This document shows positions 10,568 through 22,291 of a stretch of DNA of 64,000 nucleotides, in pieces. Every line of letters starts with the position of its first letter. Positions within the stretch are counted from its first letter, which is position 1. The stretch comes from an uncultured delta proteobacterium (GTDB taxonomy: Bacteria; Myxococcota_A; Polyangia; Palsa-1104): positions 480,001 through 544,000 of the forward strand of contig CAWAWS010000007.1 in assembly GCA_963785725.1 (NCBI GenBank), in the 5' to 3' direction. A model generated the notes under the pieces. That model was not told the origin of the DNA. It did not search any database and saw only the letters and a program-made list of their open reading frames with translations. The translations under genes were made by a program, and so were the position numbers.

Positions 10568-10813
10568 CTAAATATCGGACAGCTTCCGCAGCTGCGCACG
10601 CACGGCTGCCTGCGCCGCTTGATAGCCGGCGAGCAAACCGTCTTCGTAGTTCCACTCGGGGCTGCCCGACAGCTCGGGAAAATCTTGCGGCTGCTGCACG
10701 TCGTCTTCGGTGAGCCGGCCGTTGATGCGGCGTGCATGCGTCAGCACGCGCTTGCGCTGCATGACCACCATCTCCTCCAAGAGCTGCTCGATCGCGGCGG
10801 CGACGTCGGCCAT
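10568..10813 (-). CDS. Small hypothetical protein
   Basis: 81 aa, host-like codon usage, follows the CDF gene; TEDDVQQPQDFPEL...YEDGLLAGY. Confidence 0.75.
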   Translation of the reverse strand: MADVAAAIEQLLEEMVVMQRKRVLTHARRINGRLTEDDVQQPQDFPELSGSPEWNYEDGLLAGYQAAQAAVRAQLRKLSDI

Positions 10814-10822
10814 GCGGCGGTT

Positions 10823-11767
10823 CTAGCACACGTGGCAGTCGTGTTCGAACGCTTCGGACTCGAGCTGAATGGTCGTGTGCGTGATCTTGAACTGCCCGGC
10901 CAGCGTCTGCTTCAGCTTCTCGATCAGCCGATCGCGCTCGGCCGCGTCACAGCCGCGCACGACGATGTGCGCCGACAGCGCGTGCAAGCCGCTCGTGATC
11001 GTCCAAACGTGCAGATCGTGGACCGCCACGACGTGCGTCATGTTGTCGATCGCGTGCGTCACGCCGGCGAGATCGATGTCGCGCGGCACCGCTTCGAGCA
11101 GCACGTCGACGGCGGTGCGAATGAGCGAATACGAGCCGTAGATGATGAAGAGGCCGATGCCGATCGACAGCGCCGGATCGAGCCAATACAGCCCGTGCGC
11201 GAAGTACATGACACAGCCGCCGACGAGCACCGCCAGCGACGACAGCGTATCGCCGAGCACGTGCAAGTAGGCGCCTTTGACGTTGAGCGAGTGCGAGCCG
11301 TGCAACAGCTTGGCGCCGATCAGGTTGGCGACGAGGCCGATGGCCGCGATCGGCATCATCACGCGCGTGTCGACGGGAACCGCGGACTGCAGCCGCTGAA
11401 CGCCTTCGTAGATGATGAGGATCGACAGCGCCACCAGCGTCACGCCGTTGCCTAGCGCCGCCAAGATCTCGACGCGGTGCCAGCCGTAGGTGCGGCGGGC
11501 GTCCGACGGCCGGGAGGCGATGACCAGCGCCGCCAGCGACAAGGCCATGCCGACGGCGTCCGACAACATGTGACCGGCGTCGGAGAGCAGCGCCAGCGAG
11601 TGGGCGATGAAGCCGCCGACCACTTCGGCGACCAAGATCACCGCCGTGACGACGAGCGCGCCGATCAGCCGTCTGCGATCGCCGAGCCGGGCCGCGCCAG
11701 GGGCGTGATCGTGATCGTGACCGGACGCGCCATGGTCGTGATCATGATGATGATGATGTGCGCCCAC
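10823..11767 (-). CDS. Cation diffusion facilitator (CzcD/ZitB-like)
   Basis: His-rich N-terminus, SLALLSDAGHMLSD, HVLGD, VHDLHVW, HTTIQLE. Confidence 0.94.
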   Translation of the reverse strand: MGAHHHHHDHDHGASGHDHDHAPGAARLGDRRRLIGALVVTAVILVAEVVGGFIAHSLALLSDAGHMLSDAVGMALSLAALVIASRPSDARRTYGWHRVEILAALGNGVTLVALSILIIYEGVQRLQSAVPVDTRVMMPIAAIGLVANLIGAKLLHGSHSLNVKGAYLHVLGDTLSSLAVLVGGCVMYFAHGLYWLDPALSIGIGLFIIYGSYSLIRTAVDVLLEAVPRDIDLAGVTHAIDNMTHVVAVHDLHVWTITSGLHALSAHIVVRGCDAAERDRLIEKLKQTLAGQFKITHTTIQLESEAFEHDCHVC

Positions 11768-11823
11768 CGGATCTCACTCTAACCGTAATGGTAATGCCGT
11801 AGCGCGGGCCGATCAACGAAGGA

Positions 11824-13117
11824 TCAGCGGCCGAGCAGATATCGTCGCGTCGGATGCACGCGCGCGTCGGCGGTCAACGCGGTGCGGCCGACGAGCATGG
11901 AGAAGCGCATGTCGCCGCGATCGGTCAAGGTCACGCGCACGCGGCCGACGCGATCGCCCAGCGCCAGTAACGTTTCGATGACGGGGCGGCGCTCGGTGTG
12001 GCCGCCCGAGTCCTTGACCTGCGCGTATTCGACGACGCTGACGCGGGTCGAGCGATCGCGGCCGGCCTCGTCGGGGATGGTCACGTCCATGAGGATGTTG
12101 CCGTCGTCGTCGAAGGCCACTTCGCGCATCGACGTCACGTGCAAGGCCGAGCTGCGCGCGCCGGTGTCGATCTTGGCGCGCAGCTGCAGGCCGAGCTCGG
12201 GCAGGGCGACGTGCTCGCACCAGCCGAGATCGAACGCCTCGCCGTCGCTCGGGCGGCGCGACTGTTTGACGCGATGGAGCGTGCGCGACAAGCGGCCGAT
12301 GTGGATTTCGCCGGCGAGACCGATGCGCTGCTCGGCCGAAATCGACAACACGACGCCGCTGACCGGCGCGCGCAGGCTCTTGCGTGTGCGCGTTCCGGGC
12401 GGCCCGACGTAGGCGATCGCTTGCCCTTTGTCGACGATGTCGCCGACGTGAACGACGGCCTCCATCAGCTCTTCGCCCCAAGCGTCTACTGTGGCAACGC
12501 TCTTGAGGACGACGCGCACGTCGGGTTTCAGCGGTGGATCGCCGGTCATTCCCAGCGTGCCCAAGAGCGAGCCGAGCGCGACCGCGGCGCGATCGATCAC
12601 CGGGCGCGACAAGCGCCCTTGCTCGCCGTCGATGAACACGACCGCGGGCGCGGTGACGATGGTGCGGTTGATCGGCGCCGGCAGCGGCCGGGCGAAGCGG
12701 GCGCCGAGCGCGCGCGCCACTTTGCGGGCGGCGTCGTCGTCGACGTCGAGCTCGAGGTGCGGCGTCGTGATGAAGCCGGGCGTCGCCGTCTGCAGAATGA
12801 CGAGCGCGGCGGCGTCGTGGCAGACGGCGCGCAGCGCGGCGGCGTCGCGATAGGCCTCGCGCGCCGGCGGAATCGCCGGGCCGGCCAGCAGAATGCCCGA
12901 CGGCGCCGTGCAATTCGCCGGGCACCAGGCGATCGCGCAGCTCACCGAGCGCCTGCACCTGCGACGGATCGCTCACGCCCGACGGCACCCACGCCCACAC
13001 GATCGGCCCGGCGTGCGCGCCGCGCACGACGTGCGCCGTCACGCCACCGCCGAGCTCGACGACGCCGCTTCCGCCCGGCGCCACGAGCAGCGCTGGATTC
13101 CGCGGCGCGCTCGTCAC
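11824..13117 (-). CDS. Fusion of a degenerate AstE/AspA-like region and a C-terminal RimB-type protease domain (frameshift near 12895)
   Basis: N-terminal VVRGAHAGPIVW...LVPGELHGAV continues in another frame to VHVGDIVDKGQAIA...RAPVSGVV and LGWCEHVALPELG..LRAKIDTGARSSALH...LTDRGDMRFSMLVGRTAL. Confidence 0.75.
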
Positions 13118-13174
13118 GGCCGCACCTTCGATCGATTCGCGGGTGCGATTGGCCGGCCGCTCACGTTCCCGCGC

Positions 13175-14065
13175 TCACGTCTGCCGCTTGCGCACGGCCA
13201 ATTTCTCGGCGTGCTCGACGATGCGGCGCGCGACGTCGATGCCGGTGGCGCGCTCGACGCCCTTCAACCCCGGCGAGCTGTTGACCTCGATGACGCGCGG
13301 CCCGTCTTTCGATTCCAGCATGTCGACGCCGGCGACGCCGAGCCCCATGATGCGCGCGGCGTCGAGCGCGGCGCGCGCGTAGTCGGGCGGCAGCTCGATG
13401 CGCTCGCCGAGGCCGCCGCGATGCAGATTGCTGCGGAATTCGCCCTTCTTGGCCGTGCGCCGCATCGCCGCCACCAGCTCGCCGCCGACGACGAGCGCGC
13501 GAATGTCGCGCCCTTTGGACTCGGCGATGAACTCCTGCAGAATGATGTTCTGCCCGAGGCCCCACAGCGTATCGATCGTCGACTCCACCGCCGCCGACGA
13601 CTCCGCGATCATGACGCCGACGCCCTGCGTGCCTTGCAAGAGCTTGATGATGACCGGCGTGCCACCGACGGCATCGACGGCCGCGCGAATGGCCTCCGGC
13701 GTGCGCGCCATCGCCGTGCGCGGAATGCCGACGTCGTGCGCCGACAGATACTGCAGCGCCCGCAGCTTGTCGCGCGAACGCGCGATGGCGAGCCCCGAGT
13801 TGACCGACGGCACGCCGGCGCGCTCGAAGTAGGTGACGACGGCCAAGCCATAGTCGGTGATGCTGGCGCCGATGCGCGGGATGACGACGTCGTAGCCGCG
13901 CATTTCCCGGCCGCGCGCGTACATTTTGTGGGTGTAACGCGAGATGACCAAGACGCAGCCAATCGGATCGATGACGTCGATCTCGTGGCCGAGCGCGCGC
14001 GCAGCTTCGACCAGGCGCGCGGTCGAATGCAGCTTGGCGTTGCGCGACAAGAGCGCGATGCGCAC
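13175..14065 (-). CDS. rimK: Alpha-L-glutamate ligase RimK
   Basis: VIPRIGASIT, RSRDKLRALQ, GTQGVGV, FRSNLHRGG, EVNSSPGL. Confidence 0.95.
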   Translation of the reverse strand: MRIALLSRNAKLHSTARLVEAARALGHEIDVIDPIGCVLVISRYTHKMYARGREMRGYDVVIPRIGASITDYGLAVVTYFERAGVPSVNSGLAIARSRDKLRALQYLSAHDVGIPRTAMARTPEAIRAAVDAVGGTPVIIKLLQGTQGVGVMIAESSAAVESTIDTLWGLGQNIILQEFIAESKGRDIRALVVGGELVAAMRRTAKKGEFRSNLHRGGLGERIELPPDYARAALDAARIMGLGVAGVDMLESKDGPRVIEVNSSPGLKGVERATGIDVARRIVEHAEKLAVRKRQT

Positions 14066-14108
14066 GGCGCGTTGCTACCACGGCCGGCGCGCGTGTACCA
14101 TCGAGAAG

Positions 14109-15320
14109 ATGTACCGCAGTGTTCTGGCAACGCTCGTGATGCTCATCGTTTGCACGGCTGTCCCGGCGCGCGCCCAGTCGTGCTTGGCCGGCGACGGCGT
14201 GACGCTGTGGCTCGACTTCGAAGGCGCGGGCGTCGTCGAGGCGGCGAGCGACGATTCCTCGGCGATGCCGGTGCAGTCGCGGCTGGCGCCGACGAGCGCG
14301 GTGGTGCCGCCGTTCGACTCGGCGCCGAGCGCGCCGCAGGTGACGCGCGATCAGGCCATCGCCTCGGTCGTCGACCGCGTGCGCACGCTCTTGCAGCCGT
14401 ACGCGGTCTCGGTCGTGACGACGCGGCCGGCTTACGCGCCCTACACGCGCATCCTCATCGGCGGCACGCAGACGACGATCGGCCTCTCCAGCATCGAAGC
14501 CGGCCTGGCCGAGATCGACTGCGGCAACGCCATCGACAACGACGTCGCGTTCGACTTCGCCGCCGAGCAGACGCCCGATTTCGGCGGCGTCGTCGGCATC
14601 GCCAACGTCGCCGCGCACGAAGCCGGCCACACGTTCGGCCTCGAGCACGTGACGACGCCGACCGACGTCATGTACGCTGCGGCCTCGCCCGATCTGACGC
14701 TGCCGCAGCTGTTCACGCTCTCGTTTTCCGGCGGCGCCTACACCAGCTACGGCGGCGCGGCCTCGTCGGTGTGCGGCAACGATCCGGCCGACGAGGTGGC
14801 GCTGCTCGACTGCAACGTCGGCGCGGCCGACGACGGCGGCGACACGACGCCGCCGACGCTCAATTGGCCCGACGCCGCCGCCGAAGTGCCGACCAGCTTC
14901 CTCGTCAGCGTCGGCGCCAGCGACGATGTCGGCGTCACGCGCGTCGAGTTCTACAAGAACCTGGAGCTGGTGGCTTCGGTCTCGACCCCGCCGTACACGG
15001 CCACGATCACGGCCGCGTCGAGTGAGCAGTTCTACGTCACCGTCGAGGCGATCGACGACGCCGCCAACCGCGCCACGATCACGCGCGCCTTCGCCGCCGC
15101 CGCCACGTCGTCGACGCCCATCGACGCCGGCGTCACCGTCGGCGGCACGGTCCCGCCGATCATGGAAGCGCCCGCCGTGACGTCGAGCGGCTGCTCCATG
15201 TCCGGCCACGCCGCTGCCGACTCCGCCGCTCCGTTCGCGATCGGCTTGGCCCTGTGTGCGTTGCGCGCGCTACGGAATCGTCGCCGGCAGCGACGTGTCG
15301 CTTTCGGACGAGCCTTGTAA
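14109..15320 (+). CDS. Secreted zinc metallopeptidase with Ig-like domain and MYXO-CTERM-like tail
   Basis: Signal peptide, HEAGHTFGLEH plus DVM Met-turn, DTTPPT...ASDDVGVTRVEFY, SSGCSM-hydrophobic-RNRRR. Confidence 0.8.
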   Translation: MYRSVLATLVMLIVCTAVPARAQSCLAGDGVTLWLDFEGAGVVEAASDDSSAMPVQSRLAPTSAVVPPFDSAPSAPQVTRDQAIASVVDRVRTLLQPYAVSVVTTRPAYAPYTRILIGGTQTTIGLSSIEAGLAEIDCGNAIDNDVAFDFAAEQTPDFGGVVGIANVAAHEAGHTFGLEHVTTPTDVMYAAASPDLTLPQLFTLSFSGGAYTSYGGAASSVCGNDPADEVALLDCNVGAADDGGDTTPPTLNWPDAAAEVPTSFLVSVGASDDVGVTRVEFYKNLELVASVSTPPYTATITAASSEQFYVTVEAIDDAANRATITRAFAAAATSSTPIDAGVTVGGTVPPIMEAPAVTSSGCSMSGHAAADSAAPFAIGLALCALRALRNRRRQRRVAFGRAL

Positions 15321-16661
15321 GCCGGGCAGCGACGGGTTGGCCGTCGTGCGCACGTAGAGCCGGCCGTACGCGCCGCCACCGCCGCCGCCACCGGCCAAGA
15401 GCTGCCCGCCCGCGCCGCCGACCGTGCCCGCCTGGTCGCTGGAGCCGTCGCCGCCGGAGTTGCCGCCGCCCGGCTGCGAGCCCGTGCCGCCGGTCGAAGG
15501 TGTCGCCGGATCGTCGCCGTCGAAGCCGTCGCCACCTTTCTTGTTCGTGGCGATGCCGGTGCCGCCGCCGCCACCGCCGCCTCCGCCCGACGTCAAGATG
15601 CCACCGCCGGACACGACGGGCGACTCCGCCAACAGCGATCCGCCCGCGCCGCCGCCGGCGCCGCCACCGCTCGTCGTCGTCGCCGGGCAGCCGCCTTTGC
15701 CGCCGCCGCCGCCAACGGTGACGACGCCGTCGACGTTGATGCTGGTGCGCGCGGTGAGCTGCAGCGCGCCGCCGCCGGCGCCGCCGCCGGCCGCCGCCGT
15801 GCAGCCGGCGAGACCGCCGACCGGCGTGTTGCCGGCGCCGCCGCCCGATCCGCCGAGCAGCGACGTCAACGTGGCGCTGCCGTAAGTCGTGCCGGCCGCG
15901 CCGCCCGCCGGCGCCGTCTGGCCAAGGCCGACGACCGCCGTGCCGCCAGCCTTGCCCACTGCGCCATAGCCGCCGCCACCGCCGCCGCTGCCGTCGGTCG
16001 CGGCCGTGGTGCTGACGCCGCCTTTGCCGGGACCGGCGCCCGCCGCTTGTCCGGCCGGCCCGGGCGTCGCGCCGTGCGCGCCGGCGTCGAGCGTGCCGTT
16101 GGTGTCGACCTCGATGGTGGCGCCGGCGACGATGACGAGCGGCTTGCCGCCGACGACGCGCACCGTGACGTTGGCGTTGATGGTCAAGCTGTGCAGCGCC
16201 AACACGACGAGCCCGCTGTCGCTCACCAGCGTCACGCCCGTTGTCGCCGGCGTCACCGTGAGCGCGCTCGTGTCGATCGTCGTCTGATCGGCCGGCACCC
16301 AGTCGACCGCCGAGTCGTTCAAGTAGTGGTAGGCCACGTGCGACGGAAAGCCGGCGATCGGCGGCGTCATGTCGGCCGGCGGCGGCGGTGGTGGCGGCGG
16401 CGTCATCGTCATGTCGGCCGGCTTCGTCGGGTCCGACATCGTCATATCGACCGACGGCTTCGTCGGCCCGCTCATGTCGGTGGAAGGCGGTCCAGCCGGC
16501 GCCGACAGGTCGCTGCCGCCGTCGCCGATGGGTCCGCCCGGCTGTGCGAGATCGGCGGTCATGGTAGGTGGCAGCGCGTCGCCGTCGCCACCGGTGCCTT
16601 CGAGCTGGAAGTGACAGCCGGTTGCGAGCGCGCAAAAGAGCAAGAAATACGAATATCGCAC
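15270..16661 (-). CDS. Gly-rich surface lipoprotein
   Basis: GTG start, FLLFCALATGC lipobox, (P/V)DM(S/T) linker repeats, GGSGGG/GGGAGGG repeats; 51-bp convergent overlap with the peptidase gene. Confidence 0.75.
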   Translation of the reverse strand: MRYSYFLLFCALATGCHFQLEGTGGDGDALPPTMTADLAQPGGPIGDGGSDLSAPAGPPSTDMSGPTKPSVDMTMSDPTKPADMTMTPPPPPPPPADMTPPIAGFPSHVAYHYLNDSAVDWVPADQTTIDTSALTVTPATTGVTLVSDSGLVVLALHSLTINANVTVRVVGGKPLVIVAGATIEVDTNGTLDAGAHGATPGPAGQAAGAGPGKGGVSTTAATDGSGGGGGGYGAVGKAGGTAVVGLGQTAPAGGAAGTTYGSATLTSLLGGSGGGAGNTPVGGLAGCTAAAGGGAGGGALQLTARTSINVDGVVTVGGGGGKGGCPATTTSGGGAGGGAGGSLLAESPVVSGGGILTSGGGGGGGGGTGIATNKKGGDGFDGDDPATPSTGGTGSQPGGGNSGGDGSSDQAGTVGGAGGQLLAGGGGGGGAYGRLYVRTTANPSLPGLQGSSESDTSLPATIP

Positions 16662-16763
16662 GGCTGGAAGGTAACACAGCCTACACACGCGGTCGACCGT
16701 CGCGAATGACGACAGCGTCTGGTTCGAGGACAGTGGCTGTGCTACTTTACGACAGCGGGATCG

Positions 16764-18351
<1,588 letters not shown>

Positions 18352-18354
18352 ACG

Positions 18355-18552
18355 ATGACGACGCCCAAACCCGTTAATTGTCCGCAGTGCAAGAAGCCGG
18401 TCGCCGCCGACGCTAAGTCCTTCCCGTTCTGCAGCGAGCGCTGCCGGCTGGTCGATCTCGGCAACTGGCTCGACGGCCGTTACCGCATTGCCTCCACCGA
18501 CGAGCGCAAGGCCGACGTGGACGGCGAGGGCGAGGATCCCGACGTCAACTGA
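18355..18552 (+). CDS. yacG: DNA gyrase inhibitor
   Basis: CPQC...PFCSERCRLVDLGNW. Confidence 0.93.
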   Translation: MTTPKPVNCPQCKKPVAADAKSFPFCSERCRLVDLGNWLDGRYRIASTDERKADVDGEGEDPDVN

Positions 18553-18606
18553 GCGTGTGATCGCGATCGCGAGCCGCGGCTGAGCCGCGTGTTATGAGCG
18601 GCGGTC

Positions 18607-19590
18607 ATGATCGCGCCCTTTCTCGCCGCCGTCGTCGCCGCGCTGCCCGCCAGCGGCGAGCCGGTGCGCTTCGACGTCAGCGCGGCCGCGCAGTTCGACG
18701 GACGCACCATCATCGCGGCGCACAATGCCGACGAAGGCGCATGGCTCGCCGGCGGCGGCAGCGCCGGTGCCACGCTCTACAGCCGCCGCCTCGTCGATGA
18801 CGACGCCGCGCCGGCGCTGCAGCCGTTTTTGCAGCGCGCGTGGAGCCTGCACGTGGACGGCGGCGGTGCTGGCGGCGCGACGCGCTACCCGTTCCGGGTG
18901 ATCGAGGCGACGCAGCCGAGCGTCAAGCTCACGGACTATCGCGGCCGAATCGGCGAGGAATATGGCGCGCTCGCGGTCGAGAGTTACTTCGGTCGCTGGC
19001 TCTACGGCGCCGCGTCTTTCGGCGTATCGCATCGAACCTGGCAGCCCGTCGTTCCCTTTACGCCGGGCACATTCGACGCGCTGAACGACAACGAGCTGCT
19101 GCTGCCGGCGTCGCTCTCGCTCGGCGTTCGGGTTCGCGAGCTCCTCGTCACCGCCGGCTGGTCGGTCACGCCGTACCACTTTCGCGACATCGACTTCCGC
19201 GTGCGCTTTTGGGGCGGCGCGTTCGTCGCCGGTCGCGCGGTCGTCGCGCGCCGGCTCGAGCTGTCGGCGCGCGTCGACGTCATCGACCGCGGCGCGCTCG
19301 TGTCCGCGGCGGCGACGGTGTGGCTGCGCCGGCGCATCGGCGTCACCGTCGGCGTTCACGGCGGCCACGGCGGCTTCGCCGACTACAGCGCGCTCTACGA
19401 CACCGTCGGCGGGCAGCTCGGCGTCAGCTATTGGCTCTCGCCCGCGTTGAACGCGTCGCTGGCCTATTCGCCGGTGTGGCAAAGCCCGATGTCGCTCACC
19501 GGTCTCGGCTCCTTCGCGCCATCGCTCTCGACGGCCGCGCACACGCTGACGCTGACGTTGACCGCGCGTCCGCTGCTCGTGCGCCGCTGA
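18607..19590 (+). CDS. Hypothetical exported beta-strand-rich protein
   Basis: 327-aa ORF with host codon bias, hydrophobic N-terminus and alternating beta-like segments. Confidence 0.65.
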   Translation: MIAPFLAAVVAALPASGEPVRFDVSAAAQFDGRTIIAAHNADEGAWLAGGGSAGATLYSRRLVDDDAAPALQPFLQRAWSLHVDGGGAGGATRYPFRVIEATQPSVKLTDYRGRIGEEYGALAVESYFGRWLYGAASFGVSHRTWQPVVPFTPGTFDALNDNELLLPASLSLGVRVRELLVTAGWSVTPYHFRDIDFRVRFWGGAFVAGRAVVARRLELSARVDVIDRGALVSAAATVWLRRRIGVTVGVHGGHGGFADYSALYDTVGGQLGVSYWLSPALNASLAYSPVWQSPMSLTGLGSFAPSLSTAAHTLTLTLTARPLLVRR

Positions 19591-19628
19591 ATCAGCGAGC
19601 ACGTCGACTTGCGCAAGAGCGCGCGGTG

Positions 19629-20102
19629 CTAGGAGTTGCCGACGGTCTGCCCGTCGTCGTCGTCGTTCAAGTACGCGAAGGTGCGGACCATGCGCATGAC
19701 CAATTCGCGCTGCGTCTGCGTCAAGTCGATGAATTGGATGCCCATTCCCGGCTGTCGCGCCGGCTCGTTGGGGCGGAACGGGTTGATCCAGATGACCTCG
19801 CCCTCGACCTCGATCATGTGACCGCCGAGCTCCGGCGGCACGCGGAAGCAGAGGTTGAGCTTGGTGCCTTCGGGATCGGGATTGTTGGTGCGGACGAAGA
19901 TTCCCATCGCGCTGATATCGGTGATGTACGCGAACAGGAAGGTGTCGTCGGCCCGATAGTCGACCTCGATGTCGACCAGCACCCGCTCGTGGATACGGCG
20001 GTCGGCACCGGTACGAGTGTCCGTCGACACGGGAGTCAAGGTACGTCGTCGGTCGCGCACGCGCTTCGGCATCGCCTCCACCCCGGCCCTCACTCGCGGC
20101 AT
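19629..20102 (-). CDS. PilZ-domain protein, myxobacterial TIGR02266-like (start uncertain)
   Basis: DRRIHER (RxxxR), TDISAMGIFVRT (DxSxxG), GEVIW, PGMGIQF. Confidence 0.88.
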   Translation of the reverse strand: MPRVRAGVEAMPKRVRDRRRTLTPVSTDTRTGADRRIHERVLVDIEVDYRADDTFLFAYITDISAMGIFVRTNNPDPEGTKLNLCFRVPPELGGHMIEVEGEVIWINPFRPNEPARQPGMGIQFIDLTQTQRELVMRMVRTFAYLNDDDDGQTVGNS

Positions 20103-20169
20103 ACCGCGTCCCGAGGCTCCGAGACAAGCAAAAAGCGAATTCCCGTCGAGGGTTAGCGCGGCGGGTGCG

Positions 20170-22291
20170 TTACCGCACGGTCAGCGTGCCCAGCTTTGCG
20201 CGGTTATCCCCGTCGCTGGGACCCGCTAGCACCTTCATGCGCTCGGCGCCTTGATAGAGGCCGATGAAGATGTTGTAGAAGCCGGAGTTCTCGGTGCCGC
20301 GGTCGGGACGAATCATGTGCTCGTCGGTGATGAAGAAGCCGGGCACCCAATAGTTCGTCGCGAAACGGCCCTCGAGCGGCGCGTGATCGCCGTTGATGCG
20401 CGTGCCGGCGCCGTCGATATGCGCGAAGACTTTGTAGTTGCCGGTGATGGGCGCGAGCACCTTGAAATAGAGCCGGAACTTGATGTCTTGGCCCTTCTCG
20501 ACGACGGCGGGCGCGTCCCAGCCGATGAGCTCGATCTTGTGATCGAAGTCGATGCTGACAGGATGGGCCGGCGTCGGTGCCTTGTCGGACACGTAGAGCT
20601 TGAGCGGGTTGAGATCGTGCTCGTTCGGGCCGAGACGATTCGACAGCGTCAGATAGCGCGAGCTCGAGTCGTCGACGACGTAGTAGCCGAGCGACTTCTG
20701 CTTGGCGTGCTGATCGAATCGACGGCAGCTCGTCGACGCCGGCCATGACGAACACGCGCTCGGGCTTGCCGAGGAAGCGGAAGAGATCGTCGAGCGTCGG
20801 CAGGTTCGTCGGCGCTTTGCCGTTGCTGTAGTAGGCCGAGCCGGTGGCGTTGAAGCGGTATTGACCGAGCGGCGCGTTGGGATCGAGCGCCTTCGTCTTG
20901 CCGTACAAGTCGCGCGACGACAGGTGCTTCGACACGTGCGGAACGATGTAGTGCGCCGTGCCGAGCGCGAGCACGAGCGATGCGCCGAGCGCGCCGGCGA
21001 CGAGGATGAAGCGACCGCGCAGCCGCGCCTCGACCGGCGACGACGCGCGCGCCAAGGGAACGCCGATGGCGAGGCCGATGACGCCGGCGAAGAAGCAGGC
21101 GAAGCCGACGATGACGTAGGGAATCGCCGTCAGCGGCCCGGGCCAGCGGATCGTCTCCAGCATGTGCACGCCCACGTACTGCTCGGGGAACACGAAGAAG
21201 TCGCGTCCGATGATGATCGCGCCCAGCGCCGCCGTCAGCGCAGCGAACGGCTGCGCGTCGGGCACATCGAGCAGGTCATCGAGCCAGGCGCCGACGAGCA
21301 GCAGCGCCGCCGGCGCCGCCGGCACCAGCAGCTCTTGCGCGCCCGCGGCCTGCAGCGTCGCCGCGATGTAGAGCATGACGAACCAGGCGACGAGCACGAG
21401 CCGCCCGAACTGGTCGCGCTCGCCGGGCTCGGCGTCGGTCGTCGTCGACTGCAGCGCGTGGATGCCCGCCATCGGCAAGAGCGCGATCCACGGGAACAGC
21501 CCGAAGCCGAGCTGCTTCAATGGGTTCGTGAAGACGACGGTGCTGAGGAACGGATGCGGCGTGCCGCCGAGCAGCGCCGAGTAGCCGGCCGGATGCGCCC
21601 AGGCCAAGCCGTCCCACGCGAACAGCGCCAGCGCGACGACTGCGAGGGCGTAGCCGACGCGACGACGCGCGCCCGGCGCGCCCAAGACGAGCGCAGCCGC
21701 GACGGCGGCGAGCGGCGCGACGATGCCGACGAGCAGGCCGGCCGACAGCTGTCCGAGGACGAGCCCGACCGACGCGATGATGGCGTCGCCAATCGGCCGC
21801 GACGACGACGCGCCCGCGAGCGGCCACAGCGCGCGCGCCAAGCCGCCGACGGCGAGCGCGGTGGCGAGGATGAGCGGCGCGTTCGTCGTCAGCTGGCGCG
21901 CGCCGAGCAGGAACGCCGGGGTGGTCGCCAAGATGAAGCTGCCGAGCAGCGCGCCGCGACGACGAATGAGCCCGCCGCCGGCGTAGAAGCAGGCGAGCAC
22001 GGCCAACAGCGCGACGAGCGCGATCGGCAGTCGCCCGCCGAATTCGCCGGTGCCGACCGCGCGAAAGCCGCTCGCAGCCAGCGCGACGGCAATCGCCGGA
22101 CGGCCCAGCTGCGTCGCCGCTTGGGCCAACGGCGCGCCGTTGGCGTGCGCGCGGGCCGCGTCGGCGATGCGGATTTCGTACGGATCCCAAAAGCCGTAAG
22201 AGCCCAGCCCGGGGACGAAAAGCGCCAGCGCCAGCGCCGCGAGCAGGGCGTAGGTGGCCGGCAGCGAAGGCGTACGCGCGGTCTCGTTCAC
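20170..22291 (-). CDS. GT-C glycosyltransferase (ArnT/PMT-like) with soluble C-terminal domain (frameshift near 20715)
   Basis: LGSYGFWDPYE, EFGGRLP, many TM helices, GLFPW; continues into ORF 20170..20592. Confidence 0.8.
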
